DNA of 63,381 nt, filler included, from Craspedostauros australis (Eukaryota): the NCBI GenBank assembly GCA_030167865.1. It is 13 parts of 13 records of this genome, joined end to end, with 100 filler letters (N's around TTAATTAATTAA, not from the genome) between each part and the next. Parts side by side here need not be neighbours in the genome. Positions count along the whole stretch, not along the records: positions 1 to 7,473 come from JALAGF010004724.1; positions 7,574 to 10,490 come from JALAGF010004726.1; positions 10,591 to 13,358 come from JALAGF010004727.1; 10 more parts are not named here. One strand, given 5' to 3'. Under the pieces are notes generated by a model, which searched no databases, was not told where the DNA came from, and saw nothing but the letters and a program-made list of their open reading frames with translations. Position numbers and translations under genes: made by a program. Below are positions 1 to 10,692 of this stretch, one piece after another (within the stretch, counting starts at the first letter, position 1; every line of letters starts with the position of its first letter).

Positions 1-383
1 ATCGCGAGTTGACGATCTGCTTCGTCCACGGCGATTTGATTGAAGGGCTCCGCGTGATGACGAACGTTTGTTGCCATGTTGTTGTTTGCCATCTCGTCCA
101 TTGTCATCTCGCTCATTGCTGTGCCGTTCGACGCTGTCAATTCGATGTCCTCTTGATCTGCTTCGTTGTCGCGCCGATGGTGATCATTCATCGGAGGACT
201 TCCTTCGCTGATCTTCGCCGATCTTCGCCACGTGGTGTCGATTGGCTACGGCCACGTTGATTTGGTGTTCGCGAACTTCTTCGGACATGCATTCGGGAAG
301 GTGAGCCGTTGCACTGTTGCAAACCAGTACCAGTGGAGTGCGCATTTGAGTTGGTTTCGCGTGAACTCGAGGCTGCGTTCATA

Positions 384-2323
384 TCATCCGAACTGCCAGA
401 TGTTCGTTGTCGCCGCGATGATGGCGATGAGCCCATCGGTGCTTGCGCAGTACTTCTGCGGCCGCGATCGGACGGACTTGGACGACTCCGTGCCGATGGC
501 GGCTTCTTCCAGAGGAGGAAGTGTGAATTTCTCCATCACGATGATGGCGCAATGATGGCGAACACTCCGCACTCATTGATCTTGACGATGTCGAGTGCAG
601 CTTGCCACTGATGCGCTGTGTGCTTTTCCGCCGATGTCGTGGCGACAGTGATATCCATGGTGATATCGATGGTGATGACACGTCTCTTGTTTTGCTGGAG
701 TGGTGACGTCGGGGCCCATTGCCAAGCACCTTGGAGATCCTTTCCTTGATCGCATCGCGCATAGCATCCGTGGTTCGTTCGCGTGAATGTCGTTGCTTTG
801 AGTCTTCACTTGGGCGCAACGAACTGCATGCGGATCTGTTGCGAGAAGGAACCACCCGTTCCTTCTTGCTCGATTGCAATTCGATTCCCAAACTCAAGGC
901 TCCAGGACTGGATGGGGCTTGGGGTTGTGGCCGAGACACCTCCGTGGTTGCGTTCGGACTGTTGCAGATTGAGTTTGGATTTGGACTGTGTTAATGATGG
1001 CGACGATGATGGTGCCTTTGCGGATGCTTTGGTCAAGGCAAGATCGGCCAATTGCGATGGTCGGGATTCGAGAGATGGTCGTTGCTTCGATTTGGGAGGA
1101 TTGGTCAACGACGCTTCACGTAATGATGATCGTTTGGCCTTGAGGATGCTTGCCAACGTCGACCTGCGCTTGTTCAACGACGAAGACTGTTGTCTCTCTT
1201 CATGTGTGCGGCTGAAGGGGGCTGGTGTAGATGCCGCGCTCCAACCTCCAGGCGTGACAGGGGCCTCGGGGCTTCTCCCAACGTTCGTTGTAGCAGCACT
1301 TGTCGCAACGCCGATGCTGTCGTCATCGTTGTCGTAGAGACTTGGCAGATTGGAGAGTGACTCCAGGCTCTTGCTGCGTGACGTCTCCGTTGTCGCAACT
1401 CAAGATACAGCCAGGTGCTGGCTGTACTCTTCGCGCCTGATGTGTCTGATATGCCGAATGTGCCTGGCATGTTGTGTCCGTCCTTCGAGAATTCCAAACT
1501 CTTGTTCCTCGATTTGTCGCTGCTGGTTGTTCCGTTGGAATTCGTTCTTGGCCTTGGCCTGCGTCTCCGACTCTGGGCAAACCTCGTCTTGTCTTGGCTG
1601 CTCCGTTCACGGGTTGCGCCGAGTGCTGGGGCTGTGGCGAACCTGAGTCCACCTGGGGTGTTTGGCGCTGGTATCGATTCGTTGTTGTGGAACTTGCTGG
1701 GATCAAGGGAGCTGAATGACATCTCGTGAGCTTGCATGTTGAGCATCTCCAGACTCTTCACATGTGATCGTTTCACAGCCGAAGCTTTCGCATCTTTGGC
1801 TGCACTTCTATTGGCGCTGCTTGGTGTATCTGTGCTGACACTCGCACGACGACCTGATTTTGCAGCTGTTTTGGCCTCTTTGGCCTCTTTGGCCTCTTGG
1901 GCGACGCTGGTGGGCTTGCTCACCTTCGATTTCGTGTCGGCCTCCTGTTGCGGTTGCTTGATCTCCGCTTGCTTCTCTGCTATCAGTCTGACATCGTCCT
2001 CTTCCAGCAACTTCGATGGTCATGATCAAATGACTGCACGGGCTGGACGAAGGTTCGAACAGAGTATCAGGCTGGACGCTTTGCTGTGGCAACTCCCAGA
2101 GTAGATCGTCCTCATGGAAGGTTCCATACTCATAGTCGTACGACGGGTGGGTCAAGGTGCGGAACAACTGGTGAGTCTTCCCACAGTTCCTCTTGGATGT
2201 CGATGACTCATCATCTTGTCTGATTGTTTGTCTGATGGCTTGTCTGATTGTTTGTGTTGGTGGTGGTGGTACCAATGTGAAGGGATGCAGTGTCATTGGA
2301 GCGGTTGCCATCGCCATCGCCAT
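384..2323 (-). pseudogene. Degenerate (or spliced) Ser/Lys/Arg-rich low-complexity gene
   Basis: Chain of overlapping minus-strand ORFs (1808-2323, 1174-2010, 1323-1706, 806-1177, 384-572) of similar composition, broken by frame changes and stops. No recognisable domain. Confidence 0.35.
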
Positions 2324-2549
2324 CGTCGAACAGAGTTGCGTTGCATGAAGACAACAGCGAGGTGATGTTCGTCGTGAGTGTTTGTGTGTGTCACTGGTTG
2401 AATGAACAACGGATGGCAGACAGACGAGTGCTCAACAAACGCGCCAACAATTCTTGACACCACCCAAACCAACGAATCTTCGATTTTGCGCCACGATCCA
2501 TCAAACAACACCAACACAACAAGAGAGAGAGAAAGAAAGATGAAATGGC

Positions 2550-3400
2550 ATGACTATGTTTGCATTGATGGAGATATCAGCCAACACTGAGACATTGTCT
2601 GTCAAGCAACAAAGCAATGAAGCAATGAAGAAATCAATCAAGCAAGTGGCGGCTGCGCAAAATATGGTACGCCAACCAGAATCAACGAAGGCGACCATTG
2701 CAAGAGATGATGATGACGCTGATACAGATGATGAATGGCAAGCGGCGACGAACAGCGATCTCCAACGTGCCGCATCGCTCAGAAACATCCGAAGGGAAGA
2801 TATCACACCAACTGCTCCGGAGTAAAGATGGGCTTGGGACATGGGAAATCGCAGCGCCAACAACAGAACCAACAGCAATGGCAAGACATGTCATGGCCCA
2901 TGGTGCGGTCTGGATTCAAGTCATCAGCAGCCGCGCGCACGCACAGAAACGTACGATGCGTTGTCGGAAACAGAGATTCAACACATGTTGGACGGATGTA
3001 TCTGTGAGATCGGGCGCAGCGACTTCTTCCGAGACCTGCAGAGCCATCAGTTTGGAAATGTTCCTCAGTTTCCACTACACGTGCCACAACCAGCCACGCC
3101 TGTTCATACCGATGCTCGAAGCGATGCATCTCTGCCACAAACCGCAAACGATGAGGCAGAGGCATTGTCTCACCGGATCCACCATTACTGAAATCCTGTG
3201 CAATGACGTTGGCAACTTCTCCCATTGCTCGTCATCTTGGTCCGCCATATCGAAAACCATGCAGCTGTTGTCATGCGCTTGTGCCCTGCGCAACATCATG
3301 CACCACCACCACCACCAACAACAACAAGGTAAATGTCACAATACGCTCCACCTCGTCAAGTTGGATTCGAGTCCAACAAGCCATGCATGATGCCCGCGGG
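2550..3400 (+). pseudogene. Interrupted hypothetical gene
   Basis: ORFs 2550-2825 and 2841-3191 are in the same frame, separated by a single TAA. Protein-like sequence continues in another frame (EILCNDVGNFS...LRNIM). Confidence 0.3.
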
Positions 3401-3436
3401 GCCCACCATCGTTTCCCACACGACTCCTTCCACACC

Positions 3437-3476
3437 AACGAACGAACGAACGAACGAACGAACGAACGAACGAACG
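3437..3476 (+). repeat. (AACG)10 microsatellite
   Basis: Perfect AACG tandem run read directly. Confidence 0.95.
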
Positions 3477-4102
3477 CGGAAACCATACTATATGATCGAC
3501 AATGACGACCACAACGATGACAGCAGTGGCTGAACCATCTTCTTCATGTCACATTGGCCACTGATGCTGCACAGCAACGTGCCGTACGCCAACCAGGATC
3601 ATCTGCAATTCATGCACAGAGGATCATGCGTAGCTTGCGGTGCAGCCGGACCGTGCTGCGAACGACACGGGAGTGCATGGAGCAGCATGCTGTGCGCATC
3701 ACCAAAGGCGACGGTGAAGGCATGGCGGACACACTATTGAATGAATGGATCACTGCTTGCTCCACCTCCTTTCACACAGTTACTATCATAATGACTATTC
3801 TGACGACTATTTTTATCCATCAACTCAAGTCCGCCACGCGTTCGCTTCTCGAAAACTTCTGTTACGGTTGATGTGGCATGGTTTGTGTTGGTGCAGTTGA
3901 CTCTGATCGGAATAATGCCGCCGGGACAGACACCGGACGGAGCAAGGACGTGCCAGTCATCCACAGATTTGATTCAACGGCTGGCAGTCATTACCACCAC
4001 CAAGCTGCACAGCACAAGGCAAACAACAGCAAAGAGGCGAACAACAACAACAACAAACAAGCAAACAGAGCAAAAGCTCATAATCTCTTGTAAGTTATCT
4101 GA

Positions 4103-5503
4103 TTACACCACCCACAACAATCTCACAGCACTGCCTCTGGTCCATCCCTTCGGTTCATGGCCGAGTAGGGACTGCTGCAGAAGTTGTTGATTCAACAGTT
4201 TGGTCTGGCGGAGGACATGAACGCCTCCCATCAGTTGATGGTGTGGAATCAGCTTGCTGAAATCTGGATGAGTGAAAATGTCTTTCTCATTTTCAGCTAC
4301 CATCCTCATTGCTCCATCCTTCAACACCACACAGTTGTGCTGATGAGCGAATATCAACACATCTATCGTGGTGTCCTCTGTGAGATGCTTGTGGGCCAAC
4401 TCTGCTTCAACAACAAGCTTGAGTCGCCAGAAACCGAACTCATTGGCCACAAGGATCAGCTGTTGCAGATCGTCCTGTCCAGTGAGGGTGGGAGTTGGCT
4501 GGTTTGTGTCATCAGCATTGTCTGTGTTGTCATGAGTGTTGTTGTTGAAGGATATCTCTCCTGTGTAGATGCATTGGAGGACGTATCGGACGTGTTTTGG
4601 TTGAAGGTTGGGAAGAGGGATGGTGGTTTGGATGGGGGCTGCGTCGTCTTCGGTGCCATCATTCGCGCATTGATTTTGGATTCCTTTGTCGATCAGTGTC
4701 TCAATCGATGGGACGGTGATGATGAGGATTTCGGCGTTTGCTTTGATTGGTTGTTTTTGGTCATCCTGTCCACACAAGAAGATGGTGTCTGCCCTGTTCT
4801 CGGTTTGGAAGGATCTGAGCCGATCTTCTCCAATGCTGATTTTGGTCCTCTTGTGGCTGCTGTGTTTGTGTTCATTCTCTTGTTCCTTCTGTGTCAACTG
4901 CTGTCTCAACTGTTCTCGCGGTTATTCATTCTCTTGGTCATTTTGTTGTAAGCGTTGCTGCAGTTGTTGCAGTTGTGGGTGAACTGAAGGCGAGAGTCCT
5001 CTGATGAGGGACTCTATACACTCCAATTTGACACTGCGGCATGCCCCATGAAAGGCAGTGTGACCATGGTTGTTTTGGCAGTTGATGTTCGCCCCACCTG
5101 ATTCGATGAGGTACTCGGTACACTCCAGCTCGCCTTGGCTGCATGCCCAATGAAGGGGAGTCCAACCATCATTGTTTTGGCAGTTTACGTTTGCCTGGCA
5201 TGATTCGCTGAGGTGCTTCACACACTTCAGGTGGCCGTTGCAGCATGCCACATGAAGGGGAGTGTCACGATCGTCATCTTCGCAGTTGATGTTCGCCTCA
5301 CATGATTCGATGAGGTACTCGATACACTCCAGCTGGCCGTTGCCGCATGCGGCATGAAGGGGAGTCCAACCATCCATGTCTGTAACCTTGTTGACATCAA
5401 CTTCTTCATTCTGCGTCTTGTTCTGCTTCTTCTATTCCTTCAATGCCAACAAGTCGCCTTCCCAGGCAGCCCGAAGGAGTTGTTCATTCGTAACATTCGG
5501 CAT
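4103..5503 (-). pseudogene. Ankyrin-repeat / coiled-coil / BTB-POZ(-BACK-like) gene with two in-frame nonsense codons
   Basis: One frame from ATG 5503: MPNVTNEQLLRAAWEGDLLALKE*(TAG 5432-5434)KKQN..., about 4 ankyrin repeats (GWTPLHAACGNGQLECIEYL), Q/E-rich coil, TAA 4922-4924, then BTB-like ADTIF...VLQCIYTGEI...LILVANEFGFWRLK...EDTTIDVLIFAHQHNCVVLK. Confidence 0.8.
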
Positions 5504-6525
5504 TGTGAGAGGATGGTTGATGGTTGGTGGTCTTTTGGCGTTGGACGATTGGTGTTGGATTGGCTGTCAAGGAAGTGTGCAGTTGGAGCTACCTATGACA
5601 GAGATATCGATGGTGTGTCTGTGCTAGCTTGTATTAGTATGAGTGCCATGCCCTGTGTGATGAATGTGAGTGGCAACTCGATGTCTGTTGTTGATGTGCT
5701 CGAGTGTGGGGTTGAGCGGTGTGTGCGGTTGCCTCGCCTCTCTGTTTGTCCACTTCTTGATCGCACCCCTCTGGTTCGTGTGGGCGGATCCTTCTGTTCT
5801 CATCCATCACGAAAATGTACGAAAGAAGCACCACAACAGAGTTCTCTTCTGTGACATCGCCAAAGACGAGGATCTTCGACTAGTAGGACCATTTAGGAAG
5901 ATCAGTGACTGGAGGATCCTGACAACATCGACCACAACCAATAACTCGGACTCCAGCCACAACACCGGCCACAACCAACACCATCTTGGTGTCCACCGCA
6001 AGGCATCCATCTAAACAAACTGTCCCTGTGGGAAAAGGCAAGAAATTGAAGGGGGGACTAAGATTATGGGCACAGGGCACGAGGCCTTACATCGATCGTG
6101 ATCTCTACTTTGCTGCTCAAGATGGAGCTGCTAGTGCCCCAGCACGTTCGTTGCGGCAGGTGCGCACATGCGGTGCTCGGGCTCGTCCCAGGCACATTCG
6201 TGGGCCCGCGACGGGAAGAAAACAAATTGTGAGGTGTGACCGTCGTACTCCGACTAGTAGTATGTTTGCTCGACTCAGTCATCATGCGGCAACTGGGGGC
6301 TTTCCATCCGATCAGAGCAAATCCTTGAGACCAAGAACCGTTCTATGGTCACAGGAGCGACAACACCCTCGACACGAATAGTCGTACAGTAATGCGCAGA
6401 GAGACCATTCTCTCTCTTTCTCTACCACAAACGAACATCGGAATTGATGAGAAATACAAATGTTATCACTTCCTGTGGCAAAAGAGTAATTGCTCAACGA
6501 TCTACTCTGTGTGATGACTTCTCAT

Positions 6526-7473
6526 CTACGCGGAACAGGAAGAATTGCCGATGCAGCCTCCGTCAGCCACCGGATCAACGTTGGAATAGCATGCCATGAT
6601 ACCGAGGCAAGCTCCATCGCCAACATCGCCTTCGTTGCGGGAGCACGCTTCGTACATTTTGCACGAATCCATCCCGATCTCGCCGTAGTTGCGGGAGCAA
6701 GCTCGTTGTCCTTGGCATGACCCCGCTTCGATGTTACCGTAGTTGGAGCGGCAAGCTCGTTGTCCTTGGCATGACCCCGCACCAACGCCACCTTCGTTGA
6801 ATGCGCAAGCGTCCATGCCTTGACAGGAGCCTTGGCCAATGTAATTTGAATTCGAAACACAAGCGTAGGTACCGTTGCACGCGTACGATGCGACTTGCCC
6901 AGAGTTCTCTTGGCAGGCTGCTCTTCCAATGCAAGAGTAGTTGCCGATCTCGTCGTAGTTTTCCTCGCAAGCATACTCGGCATGACAGGAGCCTTGGCCA
7001 ATGTCATAACGATTCAAAAAACAAGAGTTTTTACCAATGCATGCGTTCGATGCGACGGTTCCGTAGGTGTAGAGGCATGCGTAAAAGCCCAAGCACGATC
7101 CTTCGTCCACATCGCCGGACTTTAGCCCACAGGCTTCCTGGCCAATACAGGAGCCGTCATTGACATTTCCGGAGTTGCTGCCACACGCCCCCATATCGAT
7201 ACATGAGCCACTACCAACGTCGCCATTGTTAGAAGAGCAAGCCCTGTCTCCGAAGCAAGAACCCTTGCCGATGGCTCCCTTGTTGGACATGCATGCTTCA
7301 ATACCATTGCAAGCGTCATCGGCGACAGTGCCAGAGTTCTCCTTGCAAGCGGCCTCGCCGTTGCAAGCACGGGAGGGCACGGACACGGCGGTGTACTGGC
7401 AGGCTCTGTCGCTGTTGCAAGAGTAGGAGGCAATCTGGATGGTCGTCGTGATGTTGGGATTGAAGAAGCAAGC
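6526..7473 (-). CDS. Cys/Gly-rich 17-aa repeat protein (IGxGSCxGxxACxxNxG), 5'-truncated by contig end; probably secreted or cell-surface
   Basis: About 17 regular repeats in ORF 6526-7386. The frame stays open to the gap at 7473. Confidence 0.75.
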   Translation of the reverse strand, partial: ACFFNPNITTTIQIASYSCNSDRACQYTAVSVPSRACNGEAACKENSGTVADDACNGIEACMSNKGAIGKGSCFGDRACSSNNGDVGSGSCIDMGACGSNSGNVNDGSCIGQEACGLKSGDVDEGSCLGFYACLYTYGTVASNACIGKNSCFLNRYDIGQGSCHAEYACEENYDEIGNYSCIGRAACQENSGQVASYACNGTYACVSNSNYIGQGSCQGMDACAFNEGGVGAGSCQGQRACRSNYGNIEAGSCQGQRACSRNYGEIGMDSCKMYEACSRNEGDVGDGACLGIMACYSNVDPVADGGCIGNSSCSA

Positions 7474-7573
7474 NNNNNNNNNNNNNNNNNNNNNNNNNNN
7501 NNNNNNNNNNNNNNNNNTTAATTAATTAANNNNNNNNNNNNNNNNNNNNNNNNNNNNNNNNNNNNNNNNNNNN
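7474..7573. other. Artificial contig spacer (N-TTAATTAATTAA-N); also at 10491, 13359, 17475, 22996, 26578, 30761, 37431, 43798, 46063, 47715 and 53328
   Basis: Twelve identical 100-nt N blocks with a central six-frame stop linker. Confidence 0.97.
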
Positions 7574-8056
7574 ATAGCGAATATGCAGGAGACAAGAACA
7601 CGAGAATCAGTGTAGGAGGGTTCATCCTATACCTGTGCAAGGTACCAATCCTTTGGTGATCCAAGGCACAGAGGGCCGTCACACTCAGCTCATCCGAAGC
7701 AGAATACGTTGCCCTTTCCAAAGCGGCAAAGGAAATCTTCTTCGTCGTACAGCTACTCGAAAGTGTGGGCGTCCCAGTGAAGACACCGATCAAAGTCCGT
7801 GTGGACAACATCGGAGCGATCTTCATCGCCAAGAACCCATCAACATCCCAANGATCGCGGCACATCGACGTGCGCCATCACTACGTGAGGAACATGGTAA
7901 TCAACAAAACCATTGAAATCATTTTCGTCAAATCCGAGCAGAACACAAGCGACGGATTCACCAAGAACATCAAGGCCGACTTACAACGTGAGCACGAGAA
8001 GTCGTACCTTGACACATCGAGAACATTCGAATGACCGAATGCACACAGGAAGGGTG
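7574..8056 (+). mobile_element. Ty1/copia RNase H C-terminus and polypurine tract (one in-frame TGA)
   Basis: SEYAGDKNTRISVGG...W*SKAQRAVTLSSSEAEYVA...DNIGAIFIA...SRHIDVRHHYVR...SDGFTKN, followed by PPT AGGAAGGG. Confidence 0.9.
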
Positions 8057-8812
8057 TGTCAGGAATCGGGGGTACGCTTTTACCAAGATACCCATGATTG
8101 CCGCACCTCCCAATAATATCTTCACAACTCGACGAGGTCAACTTNNNNNNNNNNNNNNNNNNNNNNNNNNNNNNNNNNNNNNNNNNNNNNNNNNNNNNNN
8201 NNNNNNNNNNNNNNNNNNNNNNNNNNNNNNNNNNNNNNNNNNNNNNNNNNNNNNNNNNNNNNNNNNNNNNNNNNNNNNNNNNNNNNNNNNNNNNNNNNNN
8301 NNNNNNNNNNNNNNNNNNNNNNNNNNNNNNNNNNNNNNNNNNNNNNNNNGACGCGCATCGACGGACAAGGGATCGCTTCTCTGAGAAAGCGAAACGGAGG
8401 CGATGCTCCTATCCGCTCAAGAGCACGAATGACAACGCGACATGCATTTGAACATGACCGGTGAGTATGTGATGATGGCGCAGGTGGAATACTGAGGAAC
8501 CGAAGGTCAAGTGGGATCGATCAGACTGAGACCCATGCTGAAGGTACCTGTGAGTCTATGAGAGATGCTGCTCGAATGTAGAAGATGCAAATCACCACGA
8601 TGATGCATGATGAACCTGCAGAAGAGAGCATGAGAGCAAGCTGATGAAGCAGATGAAAGAAACCATGAACAAGTGCATGATCATGGTGAACTGCTACAGA
8701 TTACACTTGCTGCTGAACTGGAATTGGAGAGTCAAGGAGTTTGTTCTCACAGTTCTAAATTGGTACAGATTGATAACAGATTAATCTACTACCTAACCCC
8801 GGATTTCCAACA
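8057..8812 (+). mobile_element. LTR family A copy (TGTCAGGAATCG...CCCCGGATTTCCAACA), flanked by AGGGTG on both sides; internal N gap
   Basis: Both termini match the copies at 27398-28079 and 44550-45338; the 5' terminus also matches 17575-17657. Confidence 0.8.
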
Positions 8813-8816
8813 AGGG

Positions 8817-9611
8817 TGTCGAGATGTACATGTGAGTATATGTCGAGATGTACGTGTATATGTGCATCGTTCACCCGCTATTCTCTCCTACGCACTTGGA
8901 CGGTATAACTAGACTTATGTCGATAGTATGTTGTAATTTGTCAGAATTACAACGGAAATGGAACACATGAAAAGGGGCAAGATTTCTGGAGGAAATTTGC
9001 AAATAACGATTTCTGAGAGAATTGGAAGATCATCCATCCATCCATCAATGGTACCAAGAGAATCTCGAGGTACTTCCCAACTAAACCTCAGATGACGATA
9101 TCATCTGACAGNCTNCTGCATCACCAATGGAACNTGACATCTGGAGAGCAGAAGGACGCCTACTGACGTCAACAGGATGTCAACATGTCACCACGTCGAC
9201 ATCTGTCTCCAAGTCAGAGTAGGAGGCGAAGATACGATGACCCATGAAGATCATGGATACTGAAGGTGAACTTCAAATGGTAAGTACTCATGGAGTAGGA
9301 ACCAGTACTGAACGAACGGAGTGCCGAATGCGGAGTACGCATCGAACACGGAGGATCGTGTAGCACGAGCACACGATGTTGAGAGAGAGAGAGAGAGAGA
9401 ATACAGAGAGGAGCGAGAGAGGATCTCGCGTACCGACTCATAGTCGGAGACNGAATCTACGAAACAGATTGAAGCGCCGAGAGCATCGGGCAAGAGAACG
9501 AACGGACACCGAGAGGATCGGAGTAGCCAAGTAATGAAATAGCAAACGAACGACTATCAACTAACACCATCTTCCACGATCGTAGGTTACCGTGAGCGGA
9601 ACTTGCCAACA
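8817..9611 (+). mobile_element. LTR family B (TGTCGAGATGTACATG...ACTTGCCAACA)
   Basis: Colinear and highly similar to 28981-29805; TG...CA ends; internal (GA)n tract. Confidence 0.85.
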
Positions 9612-10490
9612 AAAGGGGGACCAGATCCACACGTCTTAGATCCTGACACCCACCGCGGGCACCACGCATCCGTGCGCGCACCCCATCAGGGAGGCACCAA
9701 TGGTGATACTCCAAATCCTCCCACCGAGCTGATGAAGCGGCGCCCCAACCCAAACGCCACGAGCACCGGTCCCAACGACGACCACAACCAGTACACCATC
9801 ACCAACAAAGCTGCTGGACCAACCGACGCACGTGGACCCGACGGAAGGAGCAGACTGTTCCCCAACGTGAACCTTGCAACTATTGGCGAAAACGATCGCG
9901 GGCCACCCGACACCAAGGCGGTAACCTTCGCCTCCAAGACAACCACCAGGGACCCAGGAGATCCTGCCGGACCCCGAGTGACCCACTCAGAGAACAGTGG
10001 GAACCACCCCACGGACAACCAGAACTCATGGAACCATCATGGTACCATGGGCTACCTGCCACCCCATGGGATGGCCAGCAACCATGGCAACGGCGGACGC
10101 GAACCGGCGAACCAAAACCCAACTGCGAACGCAGGCATGAACCATGGAACGGTACCAACACACCGCCAATTTCCCATATCCTACAGCATGCACGGTTACG
10201 ACAACGAAGGATACCATGGATACCCACATAACATGGGGCCTCCTCACGCATATGGCCAACCACATACGGCGTATGTGCAACCCCACCCAGAAGGATTCCC
10301 GCCTATTGGAGCCCCTGTTCACATGGGATACGTGCCAAATGGAAGTGGAGACAACCGAACAGCACTAGATGCCTTCGCACCTATTGGAAACCTCCAACCA
10401 GGGTACCCTCCAAGACCAACTGGATACGGACACCAGGCACCCGACCGCGGAACCCACCGTGGAGGGTCAGGGCCGCACATTGAGGCACCC
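9612..10490 (+). mobile_element. Pro/Gly/His/Asn-rich ORF directly after LTR B, probably the Gag N-terminus
   Basis: ORF 9603-10538 starts at the LTR end and runs into the gap. Assignment rests on position only. Confidence 0.5.
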
Positions 10491-10692
10491 NNNNNNNNNN
10501 NNNNNNNNNNNNNNNNNNNNNNNNNNNNNNNNNNTTAATTAATTAANNNNNNNNNNNNNNNNNNNNNNNNNNNNNNNNNNNNNNNNNNNNGTCGTCTATC
10601 CAGCGAATATCGACTTCCCAGATATTGAGGATCCCAACAGCGTCGACTACCTCCTCCGTCACAGCACCATCCCGTATGCAACAGAGACAGCA

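Noticed and set aside
7518..7529. Recurring TTAATTAATTAA as a biological repeat or piggyBac target
   Set aside because: It is always centred in a 100-nt N block and is an artificial six-frame stop linker.
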